From Octopus bimaculoides (taxonomy: Eukaryota): a DNA stretch of 64,000 nt. Below the pieces are notes generated by a model. That model was not told where the DNA came from and searched no databases. It saw nothing but the letters and a program-made list of their open reading frames with translations. The stretch spans positions 191,465,024 to 191,529,023 of the forward strand of contig NC_068981.1 of assembly GCF_001194135.2 (NCBI RefSeq), given 5' to 3'. Positions 36,145-48,689 of this stretch are shown in pieces. Position numbers and translations under genes: made by a program. The stretch's first letter is position 1, and each line of letters begins with the position of its first letter.

Positions 36145-39100
36145 GGAAAATAGGAATCTAAGCCAACAGGGAACTGTGTTGAAAATGAGTCAAAAATCAG
36201 ATGGAAAATTAATTTCTAAACCAGTTGATGCTCAACTCTTTAATGTTGATCTATCTTCTGTTCCACTGCCACCTGCAGCAGCAGCGGTAGAAACTGTCGT
36301 TGAAGACACTTCGTTTTCATCACAAAATCAAACTGTGGCTTTCACAAAGAAAAAGTACAATGATGAGTGTAATTCCTCAAAAAGTATGTCCAATATTCTA
36401 CCTCCATCTTCACTTTCATCTACAAGTTCCAGTTCTACAACCACAAGAATTCATTTGCCTTTTACATCAAGTGGATTGTCATTATCTAGTGATGTATCAC
36501 AAATATCTACAACTTCAGTACCACAACCAGTGCCCCCTCCTGTGTCTATGCCAATGACATCAGTTTCCACATTGCCACCATTACCGCTAACACCTGTACC
36601 CCCTGTTCCACCACCACCAATCTTACCAGCAACACCTTCTTTAGGTCTATCAAATTTTCAAACACAAATTATGGTACAGCATAATAACAGTAGTAATGTA
36701 GTATCTTCTTCAACTCCATACATTGATAGTATGGATAAAGAAACAACACATTCTATGAAAAAAGATAGCATAGACATAACGAAATCTCTATCATCACCGG
36801 ACGCTCAAAAGGATTCTAAATCTGATAAAAATCATATATTAGCAAAAACCCCTAATAGAATCACTCGATTTTCACTGAAGTCACCTGATGGTGGTGGCAA
36901 ACCAAAAGTTTCGTTCCAGATAAAACGTAAAAATAGACCTATTGTTGGTGATAAAACAGAATCTATTGTTGAGGAAGAAGATGTAATCAACAGTAACCCT
37001 GGGCAGTTTGTCACCAGAAAGAGAGAAATGTTTAAACCAGCTGAAGTTGAGTCTGTAGCAGCTCAGCAAATTGCATTAATCAAAAGTTTAGGAATTTTGG
37101 AAAATGTTCAAAAGAAAGCTCAAACATCACCCACAGGTCTGGAAACAGAACCATCTTTATTAACAACAGATCGAACTTCTCCTACTGACAAAACAGTAGA
37201 TAAAACTTTACTAAATAAAGTGAATGATAAAATATCAGAAATATCTCTTTTAGGGAAAGAGGAGGAAAAGCAATCATTGGATGACAAATCACAAGAGATG
37301 ACCAATGAAAAATTTACCCCAGAGAAAGTCCGTGAACAATTTTCTCATGAAACTAGTCAAGAAAATTCAAACATTACAAATGATAAACCAAAAGAAGTTA
37401 CTCCTCATGGGAGCCCAAGTGAAAATTTGAATAAAGAAAAGTTTACAGAGAAACCAGTGAGCGAGAAATCTGTTAATATAACTCCTGAAAAATCTCATGA
37501 ACCTTCATCATCAATCAATCAATCTCGTGGAAAGTCTACGCGTGACAGAAGTTCAGACCATTCATCAATAGAACGAACGCATGATCGCTCAACTCGAGAT
37601 AAATATGATAAGAATTTTGACAAGTCTCGTGATCGAAATACTCATGATCGTTCTGGGAGAGATAATTCCCACGATCGTTCTATAAGAGGGCAGTCCTATG
37701 AAAGAGGGGGAAGGGAGAAATCTCAAGACAGATCAAGAGACTGGGAAAGATCACGAGATCGATCAACAAGAGATAGATCTCGTGAAAGATCATATGACAG
37801 ATCATCTCGAGACAGGCGTGATAGATCAAACAGAGATCGATCAAATAGAGACAGGTCACGTGATCGATCAACTCGTGATAGGTCACGAGACCGATCCACC
37901 CGTGGTAGATCAAGGGACCGATATATGAGGGAAAAGTCTTATGAGAGATCTCCAGATGAAAGATCTTTATCTGATAAACCTTCAGATCATATAAAAAATC
38001 GTTCTGATAATTCCTATGACTATAGAAACTCTCAGAGACGCTTTAATACTAGGGAAAGGAGAAGTCGATGGAGTGAAAGATATGATGATAATCGTTATAG
38101 TCGTACTTCTGATCGGTATAAAAGGGACACATATGACAATCGAATATCTTCTCATTATTATGATGATGATTACTATAATCGGTCGCATTATGAGGATAAA
38201 AGATCCCGCTATGATGACAGACCTTTTTACAGCCAAGATAAACATCAGCGATCTGATGATGTTTACTCAGATCGTTATGACAGAAGAAACAGGCGAAGTT
38301 TTCATCCTTCGGAAGAAAAAGTCTCTGACATAGATAGTAGTTTAAAAGATTCTAGTTCTCCAATCCGTCACTCATTTACTGGAACTAAATCATCAAGCAT
38401 AGGTAGTGGAATAAATGCTATAAGTGTTCATTACAGCCAGACCAGTGATAGTGATAGTTCTCCTGTCCATAACTTAGATGGAATGAAGCAATATAATCAG
38501 CTACAGTATAGTTCTTCCAGTGTAGTTGTATCTAGTTCAAGTACAGTTCCAACAAACCAGCTGCCAGTATTTGGACAAGAACATCAAATACAAAATTACA
38601 GTAATAAATTAGATGAATGTGGTACTGCAACTAATTATAATTATGGTGATTCAACACCAGTCCGAGATGAACCAAATGATTATGAATTCAATTTTGCACA
38701 GAATTCCACTCCAGTTAATTCTTATCAGGGCTTTGGTAATCTTTATCAGCCTAATACTAGTGCAATGACTTGGTTGGCTCCTCCTCTAGAACCAGTCCAA
38801 GACATTGATGTAAACCAGAGAATTAACAGTACAACTACTATTCCAACTGTATTAGGGGATAATTCAAGTTATCCTTCTGTTCTAAATACCAGCATGCAAC
38901 AGAAAGAACATGCAAGCATAGTTCCTATTACACTTGCCTCTCAGAATATAGCAGACCCATCAAGAATTAATATGAATATTTCCAATGCTGTCACTGAACA
39001 CAGAATCCCTTCACTTCTAAAAGATTTCCCCAAAATCACTCATAATAACACTTCAACACAAAACTTTGCTCTAACTTCAAATGTTAATCAACTAAATTTG

Positions 39101-42100
39101 TCTTCTGTTTCTACTTCAACTGTAAGCTTGAACTCTAATATTAATCTAAATCCTTGTTTACCAAATTCAGTTGGACTGCCACCTGTTGCCATTAGTCATT
39201 TACCACCACCACCACCACCACCACCACTACCATCTGAAAGTAATGCAAACTTTTTAACTCGACCCTATGAAGTGAAACTTGAAAATTCAAGCTATAATGT
39301 TTTGAGTAATTATGCATCAAGTAAAACACCTTCTCAGTCTCAACCTGTCATTCATAGTAGTAACAAAGATTTCAGTTCCTCTCAAAAGGAACAACTTCAA
39401 GCTGTTACATCAATTGGTATTGCAGATATTACAGTAGGTAGTTTTAGTGATCCTAAAGTGTCTTTGACATCACAAAGTACTGTACAGAAACCTATTGCAC
39501 AGATAAGTTATTCAGCAGATAAATTGCATGTTGCAGATTCTATCACTCAGTCTCCAAAGATAGATAGTTGTCATAAACCAGGGCTTGAAAATCAATTATT
39601 AACATCAGGCATTTCTGTAAAATCCACAGACTCTTCTGCTGAAGATTACAATAAATATTTTTCTTTGATAAGCAAACAAACATCCCAAATGAAGACAGTT
39701 GATGAACCAGCTCTACCAGTAAAAGATATTTGTAGTTCAGAAACAAAACTCCCTCAACGATCTGAGGCTAAATTAATTTCAAACCAATTGAAAAACACTG
39801 TTTCAACAAATATAGTTGTTGAACATGTCCCAATCATAGAATTTTCTCATATAATTGAACCTGCTGAGACTAAGCAGAGAACATTAGTCAGTAGCCATTT
39901 AGGAGAAGCAGAAGTTAGTTCCTCTGACTATTTATTGACAGAGCAATCAACGAAACTGGCAGTTAAAACAGAACAACCTTCACTTGAACAGTGTATACCA
40001 GACTCTGACTGTACTGATCAGAAGAAAGGTAAAATTAACGAAACTGATATTGAAAATGAAAGTCAAGAGAAGAGAGTTCCTGCTGTTGTAAACACAACAG
40101 ATAGTCTTTGCCTAAAAGATAACTTTGAAGAAGAACTAATGGAAGTTGATTCTCCTGAAAGTTCTTGCTACATTGAGACAAATTTTAATATGTCTTCTGC
40201 TCCCAATGACAACCAAGGACAAACAGCTGACAATCGTGACGACCATTCAATCATTTCCACTTCATGTAGCAATAGCCAGATTCAAGATATACAAACTGAA
40301 GTTTCACATGGAAAAACTGAAAATAAAGTTTATCTGAAGTCGGATTGCAAAGTGACAGATAGTTCAACACTATCAAATCGAGAAAATGAAATTTCTTCTA
40401 GTGATATGCAGAAAACAAGCTGTGATATTCTTAACTCTGAGAACACTATTTCTACAACTGGTAATGAAGAGAAAATCAAATTCTCTTCTCCAGATTTGTC
40501 AAATTCAGTGACAATTAGTAAATACTCAGAAAGCTCTCGTCAGACATCTACTGACAACAAACACATAAAATTTCAGCATGTCATTCGTAGTATTACCACA
40601 GACAGTACTTATTCAGTTGATGTCACATCATCTGATGAAAAATTCCACAAAATAAACAAACCAAAATTTCATGCTCTTCAGAAAGATAGACAAAATATTC
40701 CAAAATTTGACACTTTATCTCCAAAGAATACTAGTCAGGTAATTTCAAGTGGGAAAGAAATTAAGAGTGGCAAGGTTAGTGGTAGCAGACCAACATCACG
40801 CTGGGATGTTTCTAATCCATCTCAAAGCAAGAACAGTGATATTACAAAGTCATCTTCTGTTGCTACTTCAAGTGAAGTACAAAGTTCCAAATTACTGAAC
40901 CAGAATATTTTTGAAATAATTGGTGAATCTAAAAATATTTTCCAGAAAGATAGTCAGAATCTTGTGTCTGTAACAAATACTAAAGTTGGTCAAGTAAGTG
41001 TGCTGAAGGAGAGTGAGACTGTTAAAGAACAGACCATTTCAGTATTCTACGAAAGTCTTGAATCTGAATACCAAGATAAGGTTAGTAAGAGTCAATTGCC
41101 CAGCATGAAGAAAGAAGAAAAGTTCAAAGTTGAACCAATACTTGAGCAGCCGTTCAAAGATACAACGTTGTTGGAAACACAAGAACCTGTAAATGTTGAA
41201 TTATCCAAAGTAAATGAGTTGAATGAATCAAAAGAGCTAACCGTACTAAGTTCAAATGAATTTTCAGTAAATAGTAGTGACCAGCTTAAAGGAAAGGAGG
41301 AAAACACTGTGGTGGCTGCAGAACAAACTAATGAAGAAGAGCTATTGGCAAGAAGTGTTGATACCATTTCTTCTAAGACTGAACAGGCAAGTGAGATCAG
41401 TGTTAGTGAGGATAATGCAGAATGTTCTACACTTGTAGAAACCAGTGTAAGAAATGAAGACTGTAGTAGTAAAGATGAAGGCATTGAGTCACCAACTCAA
41501 GAAAAGTCCATCAAAGGTAGTAAAAAGTCTGAGAGTGTGTCTCAGACATGCCTAACTCCTGCACCCAGAAGAAGTGGACGCATTCGATCGTTAGAAGAGA
41601 AGAGAGTTCGTGAGAAAGAAGGGAAAAAGGAAAAAGATTGCCGTACAAAGAAGGTGAAGACAGATAAAGAAGCTGAAGATAAGGAGAAGCTTATTCACGA
41701 AGATAAAAATATCGATGATCCTGGAACAAAGGATGTTTCCATAAAAGAAGAGGTAGCAAAAGAAGCTGAGGAGAGAAAAGAACGAGAAGGTAGACGAACT
41801 AGAAACCGAGCCAGCAACAAAGAAGAGGAGGATCTAAAGGAAGAGATGGATAAAAAACGTCGAGACATTAACAACAGACAGGTAAAAGAGGACAAGAAAG
41901 TGACAGAAGTAGTAAAAGAGAAGCCGAAACGTGTTACTCGAAACAAAAAGCTTTTGGAGCCTGAAAAGACTAAGTCAGATCAGATTGGATCAGAAAATGA
42001 GATTAAACAAGATGAGCCTGAAGCTGCTATATTAAATGTTGCTTCTGATTGTTCACAAACAGATACAACCTCTAATTCAGTTAGCCAAATTAAAAAACCT

Positions 42101-42960
42101 TCGGCTGTTACAAGTAGCTATAGCCTGAACCCGACACAAAACAGTGCATCTTCTCTTCAGAAAGATTCATTCCAAACCACTCCTACAACCACTGACCAAC
42201 CAGCCATTAATAAAGAAACGAAGAAAGAAGATTCCCTTACATCATCACGTCCCTTAAAGGTCAAGTCAAGGTGGAGAAAAACAATGGAAGCTGAGTGGTT
42301 ATCAGCCAGTGCACATATAACAAGTACATCAACTGACTTGTCCAGTAGTGTCAGTACTACTATACCTACCACACTATCACCCCAAATCTCCCCTTCTTTG
42401 CAAACATTACCATCAGCAACTATTGTGACATCGTTGCCATCTCTGCCACAAACATTAACCAGCCCCTCTTTACCATCTTCTTCATGTGCTCAGCCATCTG
42501 ATCTTACAGTACCTTTAGGATCTCAGGCCAGTATTCATCAGACACAACCAACAACTCTTCTACAGCAAGCAACACCTTCGTCGCTACAGCAGCCGTCCAT
42601 TCAGATCTCTTCCTCTCAGATTTCTCCTCAACAGAAATGCCAACCAGTGGTTTCAACAACATTCCAAAGTTCAGATGAAATCCTAATTAGCAGTAAGACT
42701 GCCTCAGCTAACAGCAGCATTATTGAAGATCATCGTAAGTCCTATTTACAAAAGCCAACAGTTGATACTATCTTAGAAGAAGAGGAGGAGGAAGAAGTAG
42801 AAGGGGAACACAAAAACAAGGATGTAACTCTTCAAGAGGATGTAGCAAACCTGGTACCGTCATCGATCAAAGATACTCCAAGCCGACCAGATGTAGAAGC
42901 GAACAAAGAAAATGATGGATCTTACGAGGAAATTATAGACAATATATATCTTACTGAAAG
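36145..42960 (+). CDS. SETD2: SETD2 giant internal exon (6,816 nt, 2,272 codons): disordered N-terminal region with Pro-rich, RS/RD-rich, Ser/Thr-rich and E/K/R-rich blocks
   Basis: Uninterrupted ORF 36125-42964. Acceptor TTTATTGTTTCAG|G at 36144/36145 and donor AG|GTGAGT at 42960/42961. Ends in YEEIIDNIYLTER, matching human SETD2 FDLIEENVYLTER (recalled) just before the AWS domain. Confidence 0.95.
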
Positions 42961-43029
42961 GTGAGTACAAACAGAAATATATGTTTTTATCTTTGTTAAT
43001 ATTTATATCTTGGTGAGCTTCTGCTTATG

Positions 43030-44003
43030 TATCAGGTCATCCCCTAAATTCTGTCCGAATTTTGAATAAAGAAAACAAGTGATCAAATGTTATATTTAAT
43101 TGAAATTTAATCATCAATGTACTTTCCCTGATTATCTATGACTTACTTCTATCTTTTTACAAGCTTTTTAATCCCATCAATGTAAAACTCTTTGGTTTCA
43201 AAGCAAAGAACTCTGAAAAAAGTGAATTACTCCTTTGCAATTCCATGAGATAGAAAGAAGAACCTTTTTCCCATGAAGATCCCTTCTCGGTTGTGGTTGA
43301 GCTTTTCCCTTTTACCAAGCCACTGTTTACAACGTTTAACAGTTCGATAGAAGATCCATTTTTTGTCACCAGTCACAAGTCTATCCAAAAACGGTGAAAT
43401 GAGTTCATGAGAATGGAGAGAAGAGCAGATGTCAACTCAGGATTTGCAGTTGCTTTCGACCAATTCATGAGGCACCCATTTTCCAAGTTTAGGAACCTTT
43501 CCAAGTTGTTGAAGATGATGATGAACAGTTGTATGGTTTGAACTTAGCTTTATTGCCAATTCTTCAACTGATTCTGCAGGATTTTCTTCAAGTAATGCCT
43601 CAAAGAGCTTATCATCAAACTCAGCTGGACATCCTGTTCGATCTTCATCTTCAAGGCTGAAATCTCCACTTCTGGATTTTGCAAACCATCTTCTGCAAAT
43701 TCTTTCATTCAAGCATTCTTTCCCATGAACTGAGTGTATGTTTCGAGTCTCTTTGGATGCAGAGTTTCCTTTTTTGTACTCATAAAGCATTATGTGCTTC
43801 AAATGCTCTTTGGATACTTCCATGTTATAAAGGGTTTTAATCAAAGAAATTTTAATTGTATTATTCTGTAAAATAATATTTAATTAGTTTACACAAATAC
43901 ATAAAAATAATTTTTAATTCCATTAGACATTCTAAAGTTCTATTAAATTTCATTCAATTTAAAATAAGGTAAAATCGCACAGAACTTATGGGATGATCTG
44001 ATA
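43030..44003 (-). mobile_element. Internally deleted mariner element (974 bp including TA ends); transposase pseudogene
   Basis: Imperfect TIRs TATCAGGTCATCCCCTAAATTCTGTCCGAATTT (from 43030) and reverse complement TATCAGATCATCCCATAAGTTCTGTGCGATTT (ending 44003). ATG at 43823: MEVSKEHLKHIMLYEYKKG..WFAKSRSGDFSLED..GKWVPHEL, premature TGA, FLDRLVTGDKKW, then a jump to the C-terminal EFFALKPK..FYIDGIKKL..VIDNQGKYIDD*. The second and third catalytic Asp motifs are missing. Confidence 0.93.
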
Positions 44004-44179
44004 CATTGGTAAATGGAAGTAATGGTGGTTACAATGGGGGGATTCTAAAATATGAAATGTTTATTTTTAAGTTTCAGTCAGTGAAATGTCATCGAAAATT
44101 CATAGGTCCACAAAGTTGTGTTTGTAAAGATTAGGCACAGTTTACATTAAAATACAAGGAAATATATTTAATTCTTACA

Positions 44180-44560
44180 AGGATATGACTGACAGTTATT
44201 TTGAAGTTTTGGCTTTATAGCCTTCATCAGGCTGTAAATAACTTTGGTTTTCTTAGTCTTATAGCTTTTTTTTTATTATAGGGTTCATCTTGTGAGAGAA
44301 CCAAAGTAAATGGAGAGTGGGTGTGTATTATATTTTTATGGTATAGCTTTATGGTTGATTTGATTGGGTAGGTAGAAACTACTTTATTAGAAAAAAGAAG
44401 TAGCAATAGAATAAGGGTGAGCGGAGGAAAGAATGGTGAAGATTTTTTTTCTGGTTTGACAGCTGAATCTATGTAGAAACTATTTGAGTGGTTAAAGGGA
44501 TTATTATGTTATTCATTCGGTCATGGATGTAAATAGACTGAAAGTGAAATGAAATATATT
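44180..44560 (-). mobile_element. Possible Penelope-like 3' remnant
   Basis: Minus strand CCTGATGAAGGCTATAAAGCCAAAAC (decayed hammerhead-type motif) downstream of a C/T-skewed degenerate stretch. Confidence 0.3.
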
Positions 44561-45316
44561 TTGATCTTAATGCTAATGATTTAAGTTTCTTATTTTTTAC
44601 TGTTATTTTTGCTCAACTCCAAATGAGTTCTGAATAAGCCAACCTATAATCCAATTAAAACATTGTATATATGACTACATTATCCAACATGTGCTTCCAT
44701 TCCTAAAACGATGGAAAGTGTTTTGAGGAAGATTTATTATTCCTAGTTATTCGAGTTTCCACATTAAATTGACCTACTGGTTTGTGCTGTTTTCTGTTTA
44801 ACCAACTTCATCTTGCTGAGTTCTGCCATCAACATTATATTGATATCAAGCTAGCATGGCGACTCAATAGCCAAAAGAAATTATAGATGAATTTGAACAG
44901 TAAAACTATTTTAGTATTTAGATTTTCTATGTAATGAAGAGTTCTATAAAATGTCTTGTGTGTACGTACAAACACACACTAGTGTACCTATGTCAAAAAC
45001 TGATGACAGTTTTTAATTATAGAGATTGGTGCATCTGTACCAAAATAATCTTCAAGGAATTTCTTCAATGCTATAGTAAACACTTCACCAAGGCAGCTTC
45101 CTTCAGTGAATTCACAGCATCACAAACAGAAGTCACCTGTGATTGGCTGGTACCTAACTAATTGTGATGCTTTTTCACTTTTATTATCCTTGATTTTTTT
45201 TTTTTTTAATCTTGACATTCAATAAGAAAAGTATTTAGAGAATGGACATGTTTGATAATGAAACTATTTACATTACTAATTATATCTTCGATATTCCTCC
45301 ATAGTTAACATTGACA

Positions 45317-45544
45317 TTAACCCATTAGCATTCCGATCACTCTGTCAAACATAATGCTTATTTATTCACATTGTTTTGAAGTAATCATGCATTATCTCAT
45401 AGATTTGAGATTTCAATAATGTGATGGTTTATTTTTAGCATGGCATTGTTGAGTAGGTGTGAAAGGCTGAATCTGGCCGGTTTGAACATAAAACAGGTAG
45501 AATATTTGGATCTGGTATGCCTGGTTTAAATGCTAAAGGGTTAA
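45317..45544. mobile_element. piggyBac-type MITE (220 bp between TTAA sites)
   Basis: TTAA-CCCATTAGCATT (45317-45332) and AATGCTAAAGGG-TTAA (45529-45544): inverted repeat with one mismatch, TTAA target and CCC/GGG termini. Confidence 0.85.
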
Positions 45545-45941
45545 ATTGAAAGGACCTATAATCACTGGTAGCATCATATATATTTACAAAAATATTACTA
45601 TATTATTTACAAAACACTCAAAGATTTTCGTATTCTTTCATCACAGTGTTTATAGTAAAATTGCAGGCTCTTGCTCTCTCCTTGTTTTTCAGTGAGAACA
45701 GTGTGATAAGCATATCATCCTTCCACTCACTGTCATTTTACTTTTCACTTTTTCTGTATGTCATTTGACAGCCTCATACTTCCACACTTCATAGCATGAC
45801 AATGAACAATAATTCTAAGCTCAATATTATATGTGGATAATTTTATCATCAGGTTTCATGTGGACATGAGTTAAGTCAACTATGAATATCAACTGATTTA
45901 TATTTATTTTTTAACATTGCAATTTTTGTTGCAAATATTGG

Positions 45942-46167
45942 TTAATTTGCTTGCTACCATATATCTGCGGAAATACAATGCTGTTTCACTTAATTTTGAA
46001 AATAATTAAAAATTTAGCAAAATAACTTTGTCATTATTAACCTGATGTTTAGAACATTAATTAGCATGAAATTTTGCTGGAGAGTTTTAATGTAAATCAC
46101 TTTAAGACATGATGTTTGTATCATAGAACTAGGGCAGTCTTAGGCGGTTTGGTATTGAAGGAGTTAA
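45942..46167. mobile_element. Second, more decayed TTAA-flanked MITE
   Basis: TTAA at both ends. Right end GGTATTGAAGGAG-TTAA versus degenerate left TTAA-TTTGCTTGCTACC; resembles a common octopus MITE as I recall it. Confidence 0.5.
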
Positions 46168-46174
46168 TTACAAG

Positions 46175-46219
<45 letters not shown>

Positions 46220-48689
46220 ACTTGGGGATGGTCATGTTGCCAGTTTAGCCAATATACATATTGTTTTGTTTTAATAGTTTCAGAGAGCTTACATGTTTTA
46301 TAGTCATATATGCATATATACATAAAAGCATTAGAAGATTTGGTCTGTCTCCATCCCATTGCAGTATGAACTGTAAATGGTATTGGACATAATGATGATT
46401 GTGAGTGTAGAATTTCAAGCTTCACTCTACTATTTCTTTTGTGATTAGTTCAGAATGGGTTTCATTGCAAAGTTCTCAATGTTTTAACAACTGTAAATGT
46501 CACTTAACCCTCTTGCTATTCATGCAAATATAAATTCTTTTATTTTTTTTTATAGTTTTCTTCGTTACTTAAATGTATTCAGATTTCACTCTGTTATTTC
46601 CTCTCACGGGATGAAACAATTTGATGTAGATGTTTATGTAAGCAATTTGGCACAACTGACTGGACATTCAACCTGTTTCAGCAACAGTACTTTTTGGTAC
46701 TGGAGGCAAACACACGTACACTCACAAAAATGGATGGAAAGAGTGAGAGAGACAGACAGAAGATATTTCTTTTTCTTGACCCTTTCTCTATCCTTATATA
46801 CATAAAAGTGACAAAAGATTTTTATAGAGTAATCATTATTCTTTCATCACAGAGTTTGTAGTAAAACTGCAGGCTTTCACTTTCTCCCTGTTTGTCAGTG
46901 AGAACAGTGTGCTAAACACTTCATCCTTCCACTCACTGTCATTTTACTTGTCACTTTTATCTGTTTATGTCAAATGACATACACAGAGATGGAGAATGAA
47001 ACATTAAAATATCTATCAAATAGGTAAGTCAAATAAGCAACACCAAAATGGCTGTGTCCAAATGTCTCATACCCTCCCTCAACATCATTAATCTATAATC
47101 TGTCATAGATCATCCATTAAGGCTTTACTTTAATCATATTTACCATTTTTTTCTGTAAACATTAGCCAGTGTCTCTCTTTTTTTCCCCCCTTCCTTAATT
47201 TTGTCCTAAAAACAATTCACATGTACTCAGCAATTTATATCAAACTTTAACTCATTCCTTATATGAAGGGTGTGAATCTTTTTCCAGTTTGGAAAATGTA
47301 TGTAGTGATCTTTGTTAGCTTAATTGACTGAAACAAATCTAAAACATTGAGAACAAATGGATACACACATAGTATTTTAGTTTTATCAACAATATCTGAG
47401 ATCAATGAACCAGTTGATTCTGTTTTATTTTTTAGGCAGTTTAATCAAATGTTGTTCTTGTTTCCAGTTCAAATTTACAATTGGTACAATGTTTATTAGG
47501 AGATATCAACTGAGACCTTGAAAGTGCCTTCCAGTGGAGACCTGCCAGTCTTTTCTCTTTCAACAACCAGAAAACACAAACACTGTACACAAATAAACCC
47601 CAATGCACCTCATCCTATTCCTATAATATGAGCAGCATATAACTATGTCTATCATGTGTGCATGTGTGTGTGATCTTATAATATCCATCTTCCATGCTGG
47701 CATGGATTGGATAGTTTGACAGGATTCAATGAACTGTCATGCTCCAATGTCTGTTTTTGCATGGTTTCTATGGCTGGATGCCATTCCTTTTCCTGGCACC
47801 AGCATTAGTAAAATTGCCCTGTAGCTTGCATGACTAAGATCTCAATCAACTGAGTGGGGCTAAAATTAAGAAGTTGGCAGCTTTATGTATAAATAACATA
47901 AATTTCACTGAATTAGTATGGGATTTGTCAGCCTATTTGATCATTCAAACTACAAATAAAACTGTCATGAGCTTGGTAAATACAATATTAGCAATGTTGG
48001 TGGAGATAGAGGTAGGGGTGTCTTTTTTTTTATTAAGAATCTAGAATCCAATGCCTCAAGATTGTTTAGAGTGAATAAATAAATTGCTTAGTGAATAGAA
48101 AATTAAAAATGCTGTATAATGGGGTTAAGACCATTTAACAAGTTACAAATGTATAACTGGAAATTGTTTATGCAGATACCTATGTCTAAGTACTAGTAAA
48201 TTTTTCATGACATCTACAAATATATTTTGGCTAGATAACAGTAATAAAGCCAAACACATTCCATTTAAATTAACATGAAAGATATTGAAGCAAAATATGG
48301 CTTCAACAATTTCAAAGGCATTCCATTTAATTTGTAAATTACGATTCTGAATATTGATAATGGCTAACCAAGAGATGGGCTGAATACAATCCAGTAAGAT
48401 CATACAGTTAAAGTGTCTCCCCTCCAGATTAAGTGTACAGCACAGACTGTAATTCATATTAGTGAGCAAAAGCATTTTTTTTTTTTTTTAAAGTTTTATA
48501 TCATTATATCATTGCTTTGTATTATGGTACATAGATACATACATACATACACAGTTGTCACTTGCAATTAAGTATGACTTGGTGGCATGTACCAAGCTTT
48601 CACTAATTGTTTAAAGTGCCCATGTAATAATCACAGGCAAACATAGACACCCACATATCAATTATATATAAAGGATCTTAAGATGCTGG

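Noticed and set aside
36300-42372. Overlapping alternative-frame and antisense ORFs within the giant exon (e.g. 38016-38333, 41092-41484)
   Set aside because: Short shadows of the biased low-complexity main frame, with no independent signals.
44190-44240. Minus-strand hammerhead-like CTGATGA-AGGCT-ATAA-AGCC-AAAAC
   Set aside because: Essential G12 of GAAA is replaced by A and stems I and III cannot be paired; at most a decayed relic.
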